A stretch of DNA of 64,000 bases from Tagaea sp. (GTDB taxonomy: Bacteria > Pseudomonadota > Alphaproteobacteria > CACIAM-22H2), in NCBI GenBank assembly GCA_965279525.1, contig CBDIIB010000005.1:96001-160000 (forward strand), in the 5' to 3' direction. The notes beneath the pieces are model-generated. The model was not told the DNA's origin. It made no database searches and saw only the letters and a program-made list of their open reading frames with translations. The position numbers and the translations under genes are program-made. Below, one piece after another: positions 55,268 through 64,000 of the stretch (positions are counted from its first letter, which is position 1; each line of letters begins with the position of its first letter).

Positions 55268-57079
55268 ATGGATCAGGACAGCGCCCCCGTGAACACCGGC
55301 TTCCCGGCAGCGTCGCGCATCATCCCGTTCGACCGCCCGGCCTTCGGGCTGGCGGTGGCGTTCTTCCTTTCGGTTTCGCTGGGCGCGTTCGCCCAGGCCC
55401 CGCGCCCGCAGCCCGAAGGCCCGACCGGCGTCGCACCGCCGCGCGCGACCGTCCTTGCCGACCGCCACATGGTCTCGGCGGCCAATCCGATCGCGGCGGA
55501 TGTCGGCCGCCAGGTCCTGCGCCAGGGCGGCAGCGCCGTCGACGCGGCGATCGCCATGCAGATGGTGCTGACGCTCGTCGAGCCGCAGAGCTCGGGCATC
55601 GGCGGCGGCGCGTTCCTCGTCCACTACAACGCGGAAGCGAAGAAGATCGAGACCTATGACGGGCGCGAGACGGCACCTGCCGCGGCGCGCGCCGACATGT
55701 TCCTTGGCGCGGACGGCAAGCCGCTGCCCTTCGCGAAGGCGGCGATGGGCGGCCACGCGGTCGGCGTGCCGGGGCTCGTCGGCATGCTGACGCTCGCGCA
55801 CGACGATCACGGCCGGCTGCCCTGGGCGCGCCTGTTCGAGCCGGCGATGCGTCTTGCCACCGACGGCTTCGCGATCTCGCCGCGCCTGCACCAGCTCGTG
55901 TCCGACACGCCGCAGCTCAAGGAGTTCCCGGGCACGCGCGAATACTTCTTCGACGCCGACGGCAACCCCAAGGCGGCGGGCGCACGCCTGGCAAACCCCG
56001 CCCTTGCCGAAACGATGCGCATCATCGCCAACGGAAGTGCGCCGGCCTTCTACAATGGCGGGCTTGCCCGCGCGATGGCGCGCGCGGTCGCCAACAACGG
56101 CACGCCCGGCACGCTGACAGTCGACGATCTCAAGGGCTACAAGGCCGTCAAGCGCGAGCCGGTGTGCGGCGCCTACCGCCAGTACAAGGTCTGCGGCATG
56201 GGTCCGCCGTCGTCCGGTGGCGTCGCGATCGCGCAGATCCTGGGCATGATCGAACGATTCGACCTGCGCCAGATGGGGGCCAACTCGCCCGCCGCGATCC
56301 ACGTGCTGGCCGAATCCGAGCGGCTCGCTTTCGCCGACCGCGCGCGCTATCTCGCCGACGCCGATTTCGAGCCGGCACCGCTCGCCAAGCTACTCGACCG
56401 CAAGTACCTCGCCCAGCGCTCGAAGCTGATCAGCCAGGAGCGCAGCATGGGCCGCGCCGAACCCGGACGCTTCCAGCGCGCCGCGATGCGCGCCCCCGAC
56501 ACGACGAGCGAGCTGCCGGCGACGACGCATTTCTCGGTCGTCGACGGGGCCGGCAACGCGGTCGCGATGACTTCGTCGATCGAGCAGGCCTTCGGCAGCC
56601 GCGTGTTCGTGCGCGGCTTCCTGCTCAACAACCACCTGACCGATTTCGCTCTGAAGCCGCGCGACGGCGACGTGCCCAACATCAACCGCATCGAGCCCGG
56701 CAAGCGGCCGCGCAGCTCGATGGCGCCCACCATCGTCGTCGACCGCGAAGGAAGGCTCGTGCTGACGATCGGCTCGCCCGGCGGCCCGCGCATCATCCCT
56801 TACGTGGCGCAGGCCATCGTCGCCTCGCTCGACTGGGGCCTCGACATCCAGAAGGCGCTGGCCCTGCCCCACGCGCTCAACATGAACGGGGCGACCGAGC
56901 TGGAGCGCGACACCGCCATCGCGGCAATCGCGCCCGAGCTGCGGGCGCTGGGCCACGAGGTGACGCTTGCCAGCCATACCAGCGGCCTGCATGCGATCCA
57001 GATCATCCGCCGCCAGGGCAAGACCCAGCTTGCCGGCGGGGCAGACCCGCGCCGCGAGGGCGAGGCGCTGGGCGACTAG
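55268..57079 (+). CDS. ggt: Periplasmic gamma-glutamyltransferase
   Basis: EPQSSGIGGG; YDGRETAP; PPSSGG; TTHFSVVD; PGKRPRSSMAP; GSPGG; DPRREG. Confidence 0.92.
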   Translation: MDQDSAPVNTGFPAASRIIPFDRPAFGLAVAFFLSVSLGAFAQAPRPQPEGPTGVAPPRATVLADRHMVSAANPIAADVGRQVLRQGGSAVDAAIAMQMVLTLVEPQSSGIGGGAFLVHYNAEAKKIETYDGRETAPAAARADMFLGADGKPLPFAKAAMGGHAVGVPGLVGMLTLAHDDHGRLPWARLFEPAMRLATDGFAISPRLHQLVSDTPQLKEFPGTREYFFDADGNPKAAGARLANPALAETMRIIANGSAPAFYNGGLARAMARAVANNGTPGTLTVDDLKGYKAVKREPVCGAYRQYKVCGMGPPSSGGVAIAQILGMIERFDLRQMGANSPAAIHVLAESERLAFADRARYLADADFEPAPLAKLLDRKYLAQRSKLISQERSMGRAEPGRFQRAAMRAPDTTSELPATTHFSVVDGAGNAVAMTSSIEQAFGSRVFVRGFLLNNHLTDFALKPRDGDVPNINRIEPGKRPRSSMAPTIVVDREGRLVLTIGSPGGPRIIPYVAQAIVASLDWGLDIQKALALPHALNMNGATELERDTAIAAIAPELRALGHEVTLASHTSGLHAIQIIRRQGKTQLAGGADPRREGEALGD

Positions 57080-57121
57080 CGCTTGCATTCGCGAGGCGAG
57101 ACGCGCAGTTTCCCGCCCGCA

Positions 57122-58312
57122 ATGACCGACGCCCTCCCGACCATCCTGCTCCAGCCCCAACGCCACAAGCGCCTGCGCGCCGGCCATCCGTGGGCTTTCT
57201 CCAACGAAATCCAGATGGACAACGCCGCCAAGGCGCTGCCCAAGGGTTCGCTCGTGCGGCTGTCGGCCAGCCACGGCGAGCCGCTGGGAACCGCGTTCTT
57301 CAACGCCCACACGCTGATCGCGGCGCGCATCGTGGAACGCGATGCCGCCAAGCCGATCGACGCGGCATGGTGTGCGGCACGCCTCAAGTCGGCGCTGGCA
57401 CTTCGCGAACGGCTCTATCCGGGCGGCTTCTACCGGTTGGTCCACGCCGAAGCGGACGGGCTGCCGGGTCTCGTCATCGACCGATACGGCGACACGCTCG
57501 TCGTCCAGCGCAATGCTGCCGGCATCGAGGTGATCTGGCCGCAGCTCCTCGAGGCGATCGACGCGGTGCTGGCACCCAAGGCGATCGTGCTGCGCGACGA
57601 TTCGTCCGCGCGCACCTTCGAAGGCCTGCCGACGAGCGCGAGCACGCTGCGCGGCACGCTCGACGGGCCGATCCCGCTGCTGGAAAACGACGCTAGGTTC
57701 CTCGCCGACGCGACCGGCGGCCAAAAGACCGGCTGGTTCTACGACCAGCGCGACAACCGCCGCGCGGTCGCCGCCGTATCGGCGGGTGCGCGCGTGCTCG
57801 ACCTCTATACCTATGCCGGCGGCTTCGGCGTGCTGGCCGCGATCGCTGGTGCGGCCCAGGTCACGATGGTCGACCGGTCGGACACGGCACTTGGCCTCGC
57901 GCGTCACGCGGCGGAAGCCAACGGCGTGACGGGAAAGTGCCGCTTCGAGAAGGCCGAGATCTTCGCGCATCTGGAAACGCTGGCGGAAGCGGGCGAACGC
58001 TACGACGTGGTCGTCGCCGATCCGCCGGCCTTCGCCAAGTCGCGCAAGGACGTGCCGACGGCGCTGAAGGGCTATCGCAAGCTCGCGCGCATGTCGGCCG
58101 AGCTCGTCAGCCCGGGCGGCTTCCTGCTTGCGGCTTCCTGCTCGCACAACGTGACGCCCGAGCATTTCCTCGAGGAAACCGCGCGCGGCATGGCCGATGC
58201 GGGACGCACCGGGCGCATCGTGCGCGCCGCCGGTGCCGCGGGCGACCACCCGCTGCATCCGCACCTTCCCGAAAGCGCCTACCTGAAGGCACTGCTCTTC
58301 GCCGTCGACTGA
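57122..58312 (+). CDS. RlmI-like 23S rRNA m5C methyltransferase
   Basis: GHPWAFSNE; EADGLPGLVIDRY; GQKTGWFYDQR; DPPAF; SCS; YLK. Confidence 0.9.
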   Translation: MTDALPTILLQPQRHKRLRAGHPWAFSNEIQMDNAAKALPKGSLVRLSASHGEPLGTAFFNAHTLIAARIVERDAAKPIDAAWCAARLKSALALRERLYPGGFYRLVHAEADGLPGLVIDRYGDTLVVQRNAAGIEVIWPQLLEAIDAVLAPKAIVLRDDSSARTFEGLPTSASTLRGTLDGPIPLLENDARFLADATGGQKTGWFYDQRDNRRAVAAVSAGARVLDLYTYAGGFGVLAAIAGAAQVTMVDRSDTALGLARHAAEANGVTGKCRFEKAEIFAHLETLAEAGERYDVVVADPPAFAKSRKDVPTALKGYRKLARMSAELVSPGGFLLAASCSHNVTPEHFLEETARGMADAGRTGRIVRAAGAAGDHPLHPHLPESAYLKALLFAVD

Positions 58313-58313
58313 A

Positions 58314-59747
58314 CTAGAACGGCAGGCGGAACAGGAAGCGCACCAGCTTTCGCGTGCGCGGCGAGAACAGCTTGGGCGCGAAGAAGGCGCCGGCCGCGCG
58401 CTTGCCGGCCTCCGACAGCGTGGGATAGGGCGCCACGAAGCCCGCCATCGCCGACAGCTTCAGGCCCTGCGCTACCGCCATGGTCCAGGGTGCGATCAGT
58501 TCGCCCGCATGGGCCCCCACGATGGTGGCACCCTGCACGCGGCCTTTGGCATCGGTCACGATCTTGACGAAGCCCTCGGTCTCGCCGGTCGCCTGCGCGC
58601 GGTCGTTCTCGAAGAACGGCCAGCGCGCAAGCCGCAATTCGATGCCGGCTTTCTGCGCTGCCGCTTCGGTAAGGCCGACCTGCGCCAGCTCCGGGACCGT
58701 ATAGGTGACCCACGGGATCGCCTTGGCATCCGCCTTCGCGCGCATGCGGAAACACAGGTTGCGGATCGCGATGCCCGCGTGCCAGCCCGCCACATGCGTG
58801 AACTGCAGTCCGCCCGCCACGTCGCCCAGCGCCATGACGTTGCGGTTGGTCGTGAAAAGCCGCGCGTCGACGGCAATACCCTTGGGACCGGCCGCGATCC
58901 CCGCAAGCTCCAGCCCGAGCCCGTCGACATTCGCGGCGCGCCCCGCCGCCAGCAGGATGTGCGAGCAGGCGATCTGGGTCTCGGCCCCGGCAGCATCGGC
59001 GACGACTGCGACTGTCGCCACGGCATGGCGCTCGATGCGCAGGACCTTCGCCCCTTCGCGTACATCCACGCCATCGCGGCGCAAAGCGGCGCGCACGATC
59101 GCGACGGCCTCGGGGTCGTCCTTCGGCATCAGCGTTGCGGCCTCGACCAGCGTGACCCGGGTGCCCAGCCGCGCATGCGCCTGCGCGATTTCGCAGCCGA
59201 TCGGCCCGCCGCCGATCACCAGCAGGTGGTCCGGGCGCGCGTCCAGCTCGAACACCGTCTCGTTGGTCAGGTATGGGACCGCGTCCAGCCCCGGGATCGG
59301 CGGCACGAAGGGCCGGCTGCCGGTCGCGACGACGAACTTGCGTGCACGGATCGTGAAGTTCCCGGCCTCGACGGCCGTCGGCGAGACGAAGCGCGCCCGC
59401 GCCTCGATGACGCGCACGCCAAGGCCGGTAAAGCGCGCGACCGAATCGTTGGGTGCGATCGCCGCGATGGTCCGGCGGACATGTTCGCGCACGGCGGCAT
59501 AATCGACGACGGGTGCGCCGGGGACACGCACGCCGAAACGGCCGGCTTCGCGCACCGCGTGCGCCGCCGCGGCCGCCGCGATCAGCGCCTTGGACGGCAC
59601 GCAGCCATAGTTGAGGCAGTCGCCACCCATCTTGTGGCCTTCGCACAGCACGACCTTGAGGCCGAGCTGCGACGCGCCTGCGGCGACCGACAGGCCGGCG
59701 GAGCCCGCCCCGATGACGCACAGGTCGACGTCAAGCTGTTCGCTCAT
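58314..59747 (-). CDS. Pyridine nucleotide-disulfide oxidoreductase (MerA/Lpd-like)
   Basis: VIGAGSAG; GGDCLNYGCVPSK; IGGGPIG; YPTLSE. Confidence 0.92.
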   Translation of the reverse strand: MSEQLDVDLCVIGAGSAGLSVAAGASQLGLKVVLCEGHKMGGDCLNYGCVPSKALIAAAAAAHAVREAGRFGVRVPGAPVVDYAAVREHVRRTIAAIAPNDSVARFTGLGVRVIEARARFVSPTAVEAGNFTIRARKFVVATGSRPFVPPIPGLDAVPYLTNETVFELDARPDHLLVIGGGPIGCEIAQAHARLGTRVTLVEAATLMPKDDPEAVAIVRAALRRDGVDVREGAKVLRIERHAVATVAVVADAAGAETQIACSHILLAAGRAANVDGLGLELAGIAAGPKGIAVDARLFTTNRNVMALGDVAGGLQFTHVAGWHAGIAIRNLCFRMRAKADAKAIPWVTYTVPELAQVGLTEAAAQKAGIELRLARWPFFENDRAQATGETEGFVKIVTDAKGRVQGATIVGAHAGELIAPWTMAVAQGLKLSAMAGFVAPYPTLSEAGKRAAGAFFAPKLFSPRTRKLVRFLFRLPF

Positions 59748-60463
59748 GCCGGCGGCTCCTTCCTGAAACGCGCGACGGCCACCGGCACCAGCGCCAGTGC
59801 CGCAAGGGCCAGCAGCGGCAGCAGCACGGGTGCGGACAGGATGATGCCGAGGTCCGGGCGTTCGCCGCGGTCGAACACGCTGCCAAGGCCGGCCCCGACC
59901 GACGCGAACACGAAGGTGCCCGGCAGGATGCCGAAGAACGTGCCGATCACGTAGACGCGCAGTGAAACGCCGAGAAAGGCGGGAGCGAGATTGACGAGAA
60001 AGAACGGGAACGCCGGCACGAGGCGCAAGACCAGCAGGTACGACAGCGCGTTCTTGCGGAAGCCCGCTTCGAGGCGTGCCAGCGACGGGCCGGCCTTGGC
60101 GCGCAGCGCGTCGCCAAGTGCGGTGCGTGCGGCAAGGAACAGAAGCGTGGCACCGACCGTCGCCCCGACCACGGCAAGCGTACCGCCGACGAACGTGCCG
60201 AACAGGAATCCGCCGGCAAGCGTGGCCACCGCCCCGCCCGGCAGCGAGCCCGCGACGACGACGATGTAGGCGGCGACGTAGAGCAGGGCCGCGAGTAGCC
60301 GGTTCGCTGCCGCCCAGTCGAGCAGCAGCGCCCGGTTCTCGGCCAGCGCCTCGAACGTCACGTATCGCTGGAGGCCGGTCGCGAAGAACAGCACCAGCCC
60401 CAGCCCGATCGCGGCAAGCGGGGCGAAGCGCCAGACGCTGCGGTTGGCCAAGGGCTCGGTCAT
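59744..60463 (-). CDS. TVP38/TMEM64 (DedA superfamily) membrane protein
   Basis: LRLVPAFPFFLVN; GILPGT; coupled to the oxidoreductase. Confidence 0.9.
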   Translation of the reverse strand: MTEPLANRSVWRFAPLAAIGLGLVLFFATGLQRYVTFEALAENRALLLDWAAANRLLAALLYVAAYIVVVAGSLPGGAVATLAGGFLFGTFVGGTLAVVGATVGATLLFLAARTALGDALRAKAGPSLARLEAGFRKNALSYLLVLRLVPAFPFFLVNLAPAFLGVSLRVYVIGTFFGILPGTFVFASVGAGLGSVFDRGERPDLGIILSAPVLLPLLALAALALVPVAVARFRKEPPA

Positions 60464-60572
60464 GGCGGGAATCTCGCTGTTTGCGCCGTTTCGGGCGCCA
60501 GACCGGCAAGGTTACGCGCGCGCGCGGGAAAAACGCAATCAACACGCTGACTTGCAAGGAAAATCGGGTCGA

Positions 60573-60601
60573 TTGACGCAAGGGGACGGGGTCTGTATAA
60601 C
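60573..60601 (+). promoter_or_regulatory. Sigma70 promoter of the rpmH operon
   Basis: TTGACG-17 nt-TATAAC. Confidence 0.8.
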
Positions 60602-60642
60602 CGCCGCTCGTTTTGCCGGAATTCGGATTTGGAGATCACGTC

Positions 60643-60777
60643 GTGAAGCGCACTTACCAGCCCAGCAAGCTCGTCCGCAAGCGCCGGCACGGCTTCCGCT
60701 CGCGCATGGCGACCGTCGGTGGCCGCAAGGTCCTGCAGCGTCGTCGCGCCAAGGGCCGCAAGCGCCTGTCGGCGTAG
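60643..60777 (+). CDS. rpmH: 50S ribosomal protein L34 (absent from the ORF track)
   Basis: [44 protein letters not shown]; GTG start, SD GGAG. Confidence 0.97.
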   Translation: MKRTYQPSKLVRKRRHGFRSRMATVGGRKVLQRRRAKGRKRLSA

Positions 60778-60842
60778 CGCCACCCCGGCGCCGGCGGCCC
60801 GCATTCGGGTGCCGCGACGAGGGGCGCCGGAAAGGAATCGCA

Positions 60843-61190
60843 ATGCCGATCGCGCTCGAGCGCCTGAAGACGCGGAGCCAGTTCCTCGCGGTCGCGGCCA
60901 CGCGCCGCAAATGGGCGGCCGACGGCCTCGTGCTGCAGGCCCGCCCGCGCGCCGACGGCACCGCGCATGTCGGCATCGGCTTCACCGCCACCAAGAAGGT
61001 CGGCAACTCGGTCGTGCGCAACCGCGCGCGCCGGCGCCTGAAGGAAGCCGCGCGCATCACGCTTTCGCGCACCGGTACGGCCGGATGGGACTATGTCGCC
61101 ATCGCGCGCGCGGCCACGCCCGACATCCCGTTCCTGCGCCTCGTCGCCGATTTCGAGGCGGCCGTTGCCCGGCTGGCGCGCACGCCATGA
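60843..61190 (+). CDS. rnpA: RNase P protein component
   Basis: GFTATKKVGNSVVRNRARRRLKE. Confidence 0.95.
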   Translation: MPIALERLKTRSQFLAVAATRRKWAADGLVLQARPRADGTAHVGIGFTATKKVGNSVVRNRARRRLKEAARITLSRTGTAGWDYVAIARAATPDIPFLRLVADFEAAVARLARTP

Positions 61191-61426
61191 TGGTACGTCT
61201 CCTCGATGCGGCAATCGTCGCCTACCAATGGACGCTGCGCCCGGTCCTGGGCGCCAACTGCCGCTACATGCCGAGTTGCTCTGAATACGCCCGCGACGCG
61301 CTGCGCGAGCACGGTGCCTTTGCCGGCAGTGCGCTTGCCGCACGCCGCATCTGCCGATGCCACCCGTGGGGCGGCTTCGGATTCGATCCCGTCCCGCCAC
61401 GTTCCGGCGATCTCCCGCGTTTTTGA
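61187..61426 (+). CDS. yidD: Membrane protein insertion efficiency factor
   Basis: CRYMPSCSEY; RICRCHPWGGFGFDPVP. Confidence 0.95.
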   Translation: MMVRLLDAAIVAYQWTLRPVLGANCRYMPSCSEYARDALREHGAFAGSALAARRICRCHPWGGFGFDPVPPRSGDLPRF

Positions 61427-61441
61427 GACATCGAAACAGTC

Positions 61442-63238
61442 ATGCAGAACTTCGACCAGAAGAACCTGATCCTCGCCATCGTCATCGCCATCGCGATGGT
61501 CCTCGGTTTCGAGTTCCTCTACAACCAGCCGCGCGTCGCCCAGCAGCGCGCCGAGGCCGAGCGGCGCGCCGCCAGCGAGCAGGTCGCCGCACCCGCCGGC
61601 ACGACGCTTCCCGCACCGGGTGCCCCCGGCGTATCGGTCGGCGCCCCGCCGGTCCCCGGCAGCACCGCGGCAGGTCTCCTCGCCCAGGCGAACCCCGACC
61701 GCAACGCCGTGCTCGCGCGCGAAGCGCGCGTGACGATCGACACGCCCGTCGCCGCCGGCTCGATCTCGCTCAAGGGTGCGCGGATCGACGACCTGCGCCT
61801 GACCAAGTACCGCGAGACGGTCGAGCGCGATTCGCCTTCCGTCGTCCTGCTGTCGCCGCAGGGTGCTTCGGAGCCCTATTTCGCCGAGTTCGGCTGGGTC
61901 GCGGCCGCCGGCACGCCTTCCCTGCCGACCGCAGATACGGTGTGGACGGCCGACCGCACGACGCTGACGCCGGCCAACCCGGTCACGCTCAGCTGGGACA
62001 ACGGCCGGGGCCTGCGCTTCGAGCGCAAGATCTCGATCGAGGACGACTACTTCTTCCGGATCGACGAGAGCGTGACGAATACCGGCACCGAGCCCGTGGC
62101 GCTGCACGGCTACGCGCTGGCAAGCCGCATGGGCACGCCGGTCCTCGGCGGTTTCTACATCCTGCACGAGGGCCCGATCGGCGTGCTGAAGGACGTGCTG
62201 CAGGAGCCGGCCTATTCCGACCTGCGCGAGAAGCGCGAGATCAAGAGTGCTTCCAGGGGCGGCTGGCTCGGCTTCGTCGACAAGTACTGGCTCGTCGCCG
62301 TCGTGCCCGACCAGACGCGCGAGAACAACGCGCGCTTCATGCATGTGGCCGTCGCCGGCACCGACCGCTACCAGGTCGACTATCTGGGGCCGGCGCAGAC
62401 CGTCGCCCCGGGTACGACCGCCGGGCAGACCACGCGCCTGTTCGCCGGTGCCAAGGAAGTGCGCCTACTCGACGCCTATGCCGAACGCCACGCGATCCCG
62501 CTGTTCGACCGCGCGATCGATTTCGGGTGGTTCTACTTCCTGACCAAGCCGATGTTCCTGGCGCTCGAATGGCTCTATGCGGCGCTGGGAAATTTCGGCC
62601 TCGCCATCATCGCGCTGACGATCGTCATCAAGCTGCTGTTCTTCCCGCTCGCCAACAAGTCGTACAAGGCGATGGCGAAGATGAAGCTGCTGCAGCCCGA
62701 GATGGAGGCGCTGAAGGCCAAGTTCGGCGAGGACCGCCAGCGCATGTCGCAGGAGATGATGCTCCTCTACAAGCGCTCGGGCGCCAATCCGCTGTCGGGC
62801 TGCCTGCCCATCATCATCCAGATCCCGGTGTTCTTCGCGCTCTACAAGGTGCTGTTCGTCACCATCGAGATGCGCCACGCGCCGTTCTACGGCTGGATCC
62901 GCGATCTTTCGGCACAGGATCCGACGACGCTGTTCAACCTGTTCGGCCTGATCCCGTGGACCGTGCCATCGTTCCTGCCCGTGCTCGGCATCTGGCCGAT
63001 CATCATGGGCGTCACGATGTTCCTGCAGCAGAAGCTGAACCCGCAGCCGGTCGACCCGATCCAGGCCAAGATGTTCCTGGCCCTGCCCTTCGTGTTCACG
63101 TTCATGCTGGCCTCGTTCCCGGCGGGTCTCGTCATCTACTGGGCGGTCAACAACACGCTGTCGATCCTGCAGCAGTGGGTCATCATGAAGCAGATGGGCC
63201 AGGCCAAGCCCCCGCCGCCGGCCAAGGCCAAGGCGTGA
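61442..63238 (+). CDS. yidC: Membrane protein insertase
   Basis: IDFGWFYFLTKP; GCLPIIIQIPVF; GLVIYWAVNN. Confidence 0.97.
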   Translation: MQNFDQKNLILAIVIAIAMVLGFEFLYNQPRVAQQRAEAERRAASEQVAAPAGTTLPAPGAPGVSVGAPPVPGSTAAGLLAQANPDRNAVLAREARVTIDTPVAAGSISLKGARIDDLRLTKYRETVERDSPSVVLLSPQGASEPYFAEFGWVAAAGTPSLPTADTVWTADRTTLTPANPVTLSWDNGRGLRFERKISIEDDYFFRIDESVTNTGTEPVALHGYALASRMGTPVLGGFYILHEGPIGVLKDVLQEPAYSDLREKREIKSASRGGWLGFVDKYWLVAVVPDQTRENNARFMHVAVAGTDRYQVDYLGPAQTVAPGTTAGQTTRLFAGAKEVRLLDAYAERHAIPLFDRAIDFGWFYFLTKPMFLALEWLYAALGNFGLAIIALTIVIKLLFFPLANKSYKAMAKMKLLQPEMEALKAKFGEDRQRMSQEMMLLYKRSGANPLSGCLPIIIQIPVFFALYKVLFVTIEMRHAPFYGWIRDLSAQDPTTLFNLFGLIPWTVPSFLPVLGIWPIIMGVTMFLQQKLNPQPVDPIQAKMFLALPFVFTFMLASFPAGLVIYWAVNNTLSILQQWVIMKQMGQAKPPPPAKAKA

Positions 63239-63882
63239 GCGAAGCGCCCGCCTATACGCCCGAAGCGGTCGAGGCGGCGCGCAAACTGTTCGTGGGCCCC
63301 TGCGAATTCGTCGCGGGTGCGGCGAACCTCGACGCGATCCCGAAAGCCGACATGCCGGAAGTGGCGATGGCCGGCCGCTCGAACGTCGGCAAGTCGAGCC
63401 TGATCAACGCGCTGGTCGGGCGCGGGCGCACCGCGCGCGTGTCGCGCCATCCCGGCCGCACGCAGCAGATCAACTTCTTCGCGCTCTCGTGGCGCATGGC
63501 GCTGGTCGACATGCCGGGCTACGGCTACGCGGCCGTGTCCAAGCAGACCAAGGCGACGTGGAGCGACCTCATCGTCGGCTACCTCAAGGGCCGCCCGACG
63601 CTGCGCCGGGCAATGGTCCTGGTCGATTCGCGCCACGGCATCAAGGACAGCGACCGTGCGCTCTTCAAGCTGCTCGACGAGGCGGCCGTCGGCTACCAGC
63701 TGGTGCTGACAAAATGCGACGCGCTGGGCGCCTCGGGCCTCAAGGCGCGCATCGCCGAAGTCGGCGCCGAGATCTCGGGCCACGTCGCCGCACACCCCGT
63801 CGTCATGGCGACGTCGGCGGAAAAGGATACCGGGATCGCCGAACTGCGCGCCGAACTGGCGACCCTCGCGCGCCCGGCCTGA
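63235..63882 (+). CDS. engB: Ribosome biogenesis GTPase YihA/YsxC
   Basis: GRSNVGKSS; PGRTQ; DMPGYG; TKCD; GTG start overlaps the yidC stop. Confidence 0.95.
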   Translation: MSEAPAYTPEAVEAARKLFVGPCEFVAGAANLDAIPKADMPEVAMAGRSNVGKSSLINALVGRGRTARVSRHPGRTQQINFFALSWRMALVDMPGYGYAAVSKQTKATWSDLIVGYLKGRPTLRRAMVLVDSRHGIKDSDRALFKLLDEAAVGYQLVLTKCDALGASGLKARIAEVGAEISGHVAAHPVVMATSAEKDTGIAELRAELATLARPA

Positions 63883-63939
63883 AACCGGTATAAACGCCGA
63901 CCTTCCGAATCCAGCCGGCCGACACCAGCGGAATCGCCC

Positions 63940-64000
63940 ATGACCCCGACCGACGATCCCCAGACCATCGCCCGCATCCTGTCGCAGGCCCTGCCCTACA
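63940..64000 (+). CDS. argB: 5' end of acetylglutamate kinase (truncated by the window edge)
   Basis: MTPTDDPQTIARILSQALPY; follows engB as usual in alphaproteobacteria. Confidence 0.75.
   Translation, partial: MTPTDDPQTIARILSQALPY

Noticed and set aside
58314-59747. Mercuric reductase (merA) resistance locus
   Set aside because: No C-terminal Cys-Cys pair, NmerA domain or mer genes; this is the common TVP38-linked oxidoreductase
60480-60640. oriC/dnaA region next to rpmH
   Set aside because: No dnaA gene or DnaA-box cluster seen
61357-63882. 841-aa ORF suggesting a large GTPase fusion (similar cases: 1977-3677, 19972-21678, 58314-60581)
   Set aside because: Only the C-terminal part is the real gene; the upstream part is an open off-frame of the preceding gene

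Overview
GC-rich alphaproteobacterial chromosome segment, inferred to be Rhodospirillales-like from ccrM, trcR/DUF1013, split pntAa-pntAb-pntB and rpmH-rnpA-yidD-yidC-engB-argB. Most of it is housekeeping: pnt, rpsU, def, purEK, acyl-CoA synthetases, rnhB-ccrM, an RND pump, gpt, an FNR regulator and two GGT-family genes. Accessory or unexplained parts: (1) A ~4.2-kb AT-richer, integrase-less island at tRNA-Arg(ACG), bounded by a perfect 54-bp direct repeat. It carries an Mrr-like nuclease-nSTAND3 NTPase gene, an FRG-domain gene and an unannotated DUF3883-type nuclease pseudogene, so it is a candidate anti-phage module. (2) An orphan rrn-like promoter-boxB-boxA leader at ~50.1 kb, followed by a ~150-nt multi-stem RNA candidate with no rRNA, divergent from an alpha/beta-hydrolase-GT41 (OGT/SPINDLY-like) fusion gene. 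(3) A photolyase/furan-fatty-acid cluster with two ECF sigmaE-type promoters. (4) A lipoprotein pair of a RoxA/MauG-like di-heme cytochrome and a catalase-related heme protein. (5) An rnhB that appears to need a non-canonical (CUG) start, several small genes missed by the ORF track, and a catalytically degenerate PdeM-like protein. All family assignments come from motif recognition by eye; no searches were run.
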